From NCBI GenBank assembly GCA_004022145.1, contig RCNU01000008.1: a DNA stretch of 64,000 nt; one strand, written 5' to 3'. Numbering within the stretch: position 1 is the first letter of the stretch; each line of letters begins with the position of its first letter. Below the pieces are notes generated by a model that did no database searches, was not told the DNA's origin, and saw nothing but the letters and a program-made list of their open reading frames with translations. This document shows, in pieces, positions 61,952 through 64,000 of the stretch. Source of the DNA: Paecilomyces variotii (Eukaryota). The position numbers and the translations under genes are program-made.

Positions 61952-64000
61952 ATGGCTGTTGATACCAGTTACTTGACCACCCAGGTCAACAGCATCGTCG
62001 ACCAGCTGCACGGAATCTTTGATGAGATTGGAATAGCACACCATGAAAGGGAGTCACGAGAGACGGAGGTTTGTTGCACCTGTCGCATTCGATATACAAA
62101 AGCAGAATGCTTATATTCCGTGATATAGCTGTTTGCAGCTCTGTCTGATACACTGCACAATCACCTCCGAATCGTCAACAAGTGAGTTTGTCCCCGTAAC
62201 ATGAGCCCTGCATGTTACAGTCTGTTGACACTGGCCTACAGTGAGAAAACTGAAATGGTGGAGGAAGCGCAACGCCTGATTAAAGCAATAAAACAAATGG
62301 AATCATCTCTGGAGGATGAGAGAGCAAGTGGACGCTACAGCCTGGACGATTGCGACCTGCGCATCTCTTATCCGCTGAACAAGTGTCTGGCCACTCTCAA
62401 AGAGAAGTATAACGCAGTCAGTAAGCTTCACCGGGAGCGCTTTGAACAAGTCAAAAGTGAGTGTTCGTCTGAAATTGATAGAGCAAGAGACAGTGTATCT
62501 AACTATGTCCAGAGCTTGTCGAAGCCCTCGAATCCTACTCTTCTCACCTTGAGTCGTCCTTTGTGTCGATCCCACTACCCCCAACGGCACCCGGGTCCTC
62601 TGTTCCTCCTAGTTTCGATCTCTCGCCATCATATGTTACCACTTTGGACGCTGAGTTCTCGAGAGTTTACGAGGAATATACCCGTCGCGTCAACCTCGTC
62701 ACTGCCATGTGCGAGGAAATTATAAAACTGTGGGCAGAACTCGGAACTCCGCAGGCGCAGACTGATTCTACCATTGTAAAATACTATCGCGATGCTCCCG
62801 AACAATTGGGGCTGCATGAGTCAGACCTCGCTAGTCTGAGAGCACGACGTGAGAAGTTGTTGGAAGAGAGGAAGGGTCGTGAACGGAAGCTCAAAGACCT
62901 GAGAACTGCCGTGGAAGGGCTTTGGGACCGCCTGGGAGTGGAAGAGCGTGACCGCAAGGGCTTTCTTGCGGCCAATCGTGGATGCGGTCTACGGACCATC
63001 AATGAGTTTGAGGAAGAGCTGGCTCGTCTGAACGAACTCAAGAGGCAAAACTTGCATCTCTTTGTCGAGGATGCGCGCTGCAGACTGCAGGAGCTCTGGG
63101 ACGCCCTGTATTACTCGGAAGAAGAGATGCTGGATTTCATACCCGCGTTCTCTGACGTCTACAGTGACGCTCTGCTGGAAGCGCACGAAGCAGAAATTAC
63201 CCGATTGGAAGCACTGATGGAGCAGCGTGCCCCGACTCTCCAACTCATACAGAAACACCGTGATCTGATAGCGGATCGGGAGGAACTGGAAGCCTCTAGC
63301 CAGGATGCGTCTCGTCTCATGGCCCGCGGTAACAAGGGAGAGAGGCGTGACCCTGGAAAACTTCTCAGGGAAGAGAAGATGAGAAAGAGGATCGCCAAAG
63401 AGCTACCCAAGGTCGAAGCAGAACTGAGGAAAGCTCTGGAGAAATGGGAAGACGAGTATGGACGACCTTTCCTTGTTCATGGCGAGCGATACCTGGATGA
63501 ACTCAGCGTGCCTGCTGCCAAACCTCCGCCACGATCCAAGACTCCCTCTTCAGCTCCCAACTTCAAATCAAGCACCATGAGCACGGCGAGTAGCACAAGG
63601 CAACCTCCATCTGTTAGAGGAGGTGGTGGCTCTATGAGAGGGCCTCCTCCACGCTCAGCTACCAAGACTCCAACTGGGGCTGGTTCTATGAGACGGAACC
63701 CACCTGCCGGGTTGACAATGTCGTCAGCTTCTGCAAAGTCGCCATCGAAGATCCCTGCCCGTGTGCCACTTGGTAACATGCCGCATGGCAACAACTCCGG
63801 GGACCGCCGTCCACCAGCCAGCTCATTCTCTGCTAGCCTCAACCGCAGCAAGATGCCTCCCCCTCGTGCTCCGCCGCCAAAGATGCGAGATCTAGCTGCC
63901 GAGCCTAGGGAACAGAGCTATCCTATGGAGCCACCACCCCGTTCTGCAAGCGCCATGTCCGGCGCCTTTGTGCGACCTGTCAGTCCTGAGGACGTGTATG
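61952..64000 (+). CDS. ASE1: Ase1/PRC1/MAP65 spindle midzone microtubule bundler; 3'-truncated by the window; introns 62069-62128, 62182-62241, ~62458-62512
   Basis: MAVDTSYLTTQVNSIVDQLHGIFDEIG N-terminus. The last exon read by hand gives ELARLNELKRQNLHLFVEDARCRLQELWDALY and SSQDASRLMARG...LLREEKMRKRIAKELPK. Confidence 0.92.

Noticed and set aside
1..64000. CRISPR arrays, rRNA, intact tRNA, intact transposase/RT genes, secondary-metabolite cluster
   Set aside because: None seen by eye or in the ORF track. Small ncRNAs such as snoRNAs could have been missed without a covariance search.

Overview
Eukaryotic, intron-containing DNA from a filamentous ascomycete, most likely Eurotiales (Aspergillus-like), judged from GT..CTRAC..AG introns and protein content. 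It is mostly a conserved housekeeping and cell-cycle block. In order: importin-alpha (partial), POT1, a CCCH protein, a TRAP-alpha-like protein, aprataxin Hnt3, a DHX57/Ucp12-like DEAH helicase, an F-box gene, a Clb3-type B cyclin, a C-terminal Zn2Cys6 protein, RPC4, a Kre1-like GPI protein, the FEX fluoride exporter, UPRT, a C2H2 transcription factor, a Cdc25-type SH3 RasGEF, CSN5 and Ase1 (partial). Two regions are accessory. The first (~12.6-16.9 kb) holds gene relics, the F-box gene and a 65-bp inverted-repeat, MITE-like element. The second is a 14.7-kb gene-free divergent intergenic region (39.7-54.5 kb) with an inverted-repeat pair ~1.8 kb apart, an AT/TpA-rich RIP-like island and a tRNA-like cloverleaf relic. 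Smaller points: a GC-AG intron in UPRT, two possible RasGEF C-termini, spliced uORF-containing leaders, stopless 3n introns, and a probable 1-bp frameshift at the cyclin C-terminus. I found no convincing novel multi-gene system. All exon models were worked out by hand and no database searches were run.
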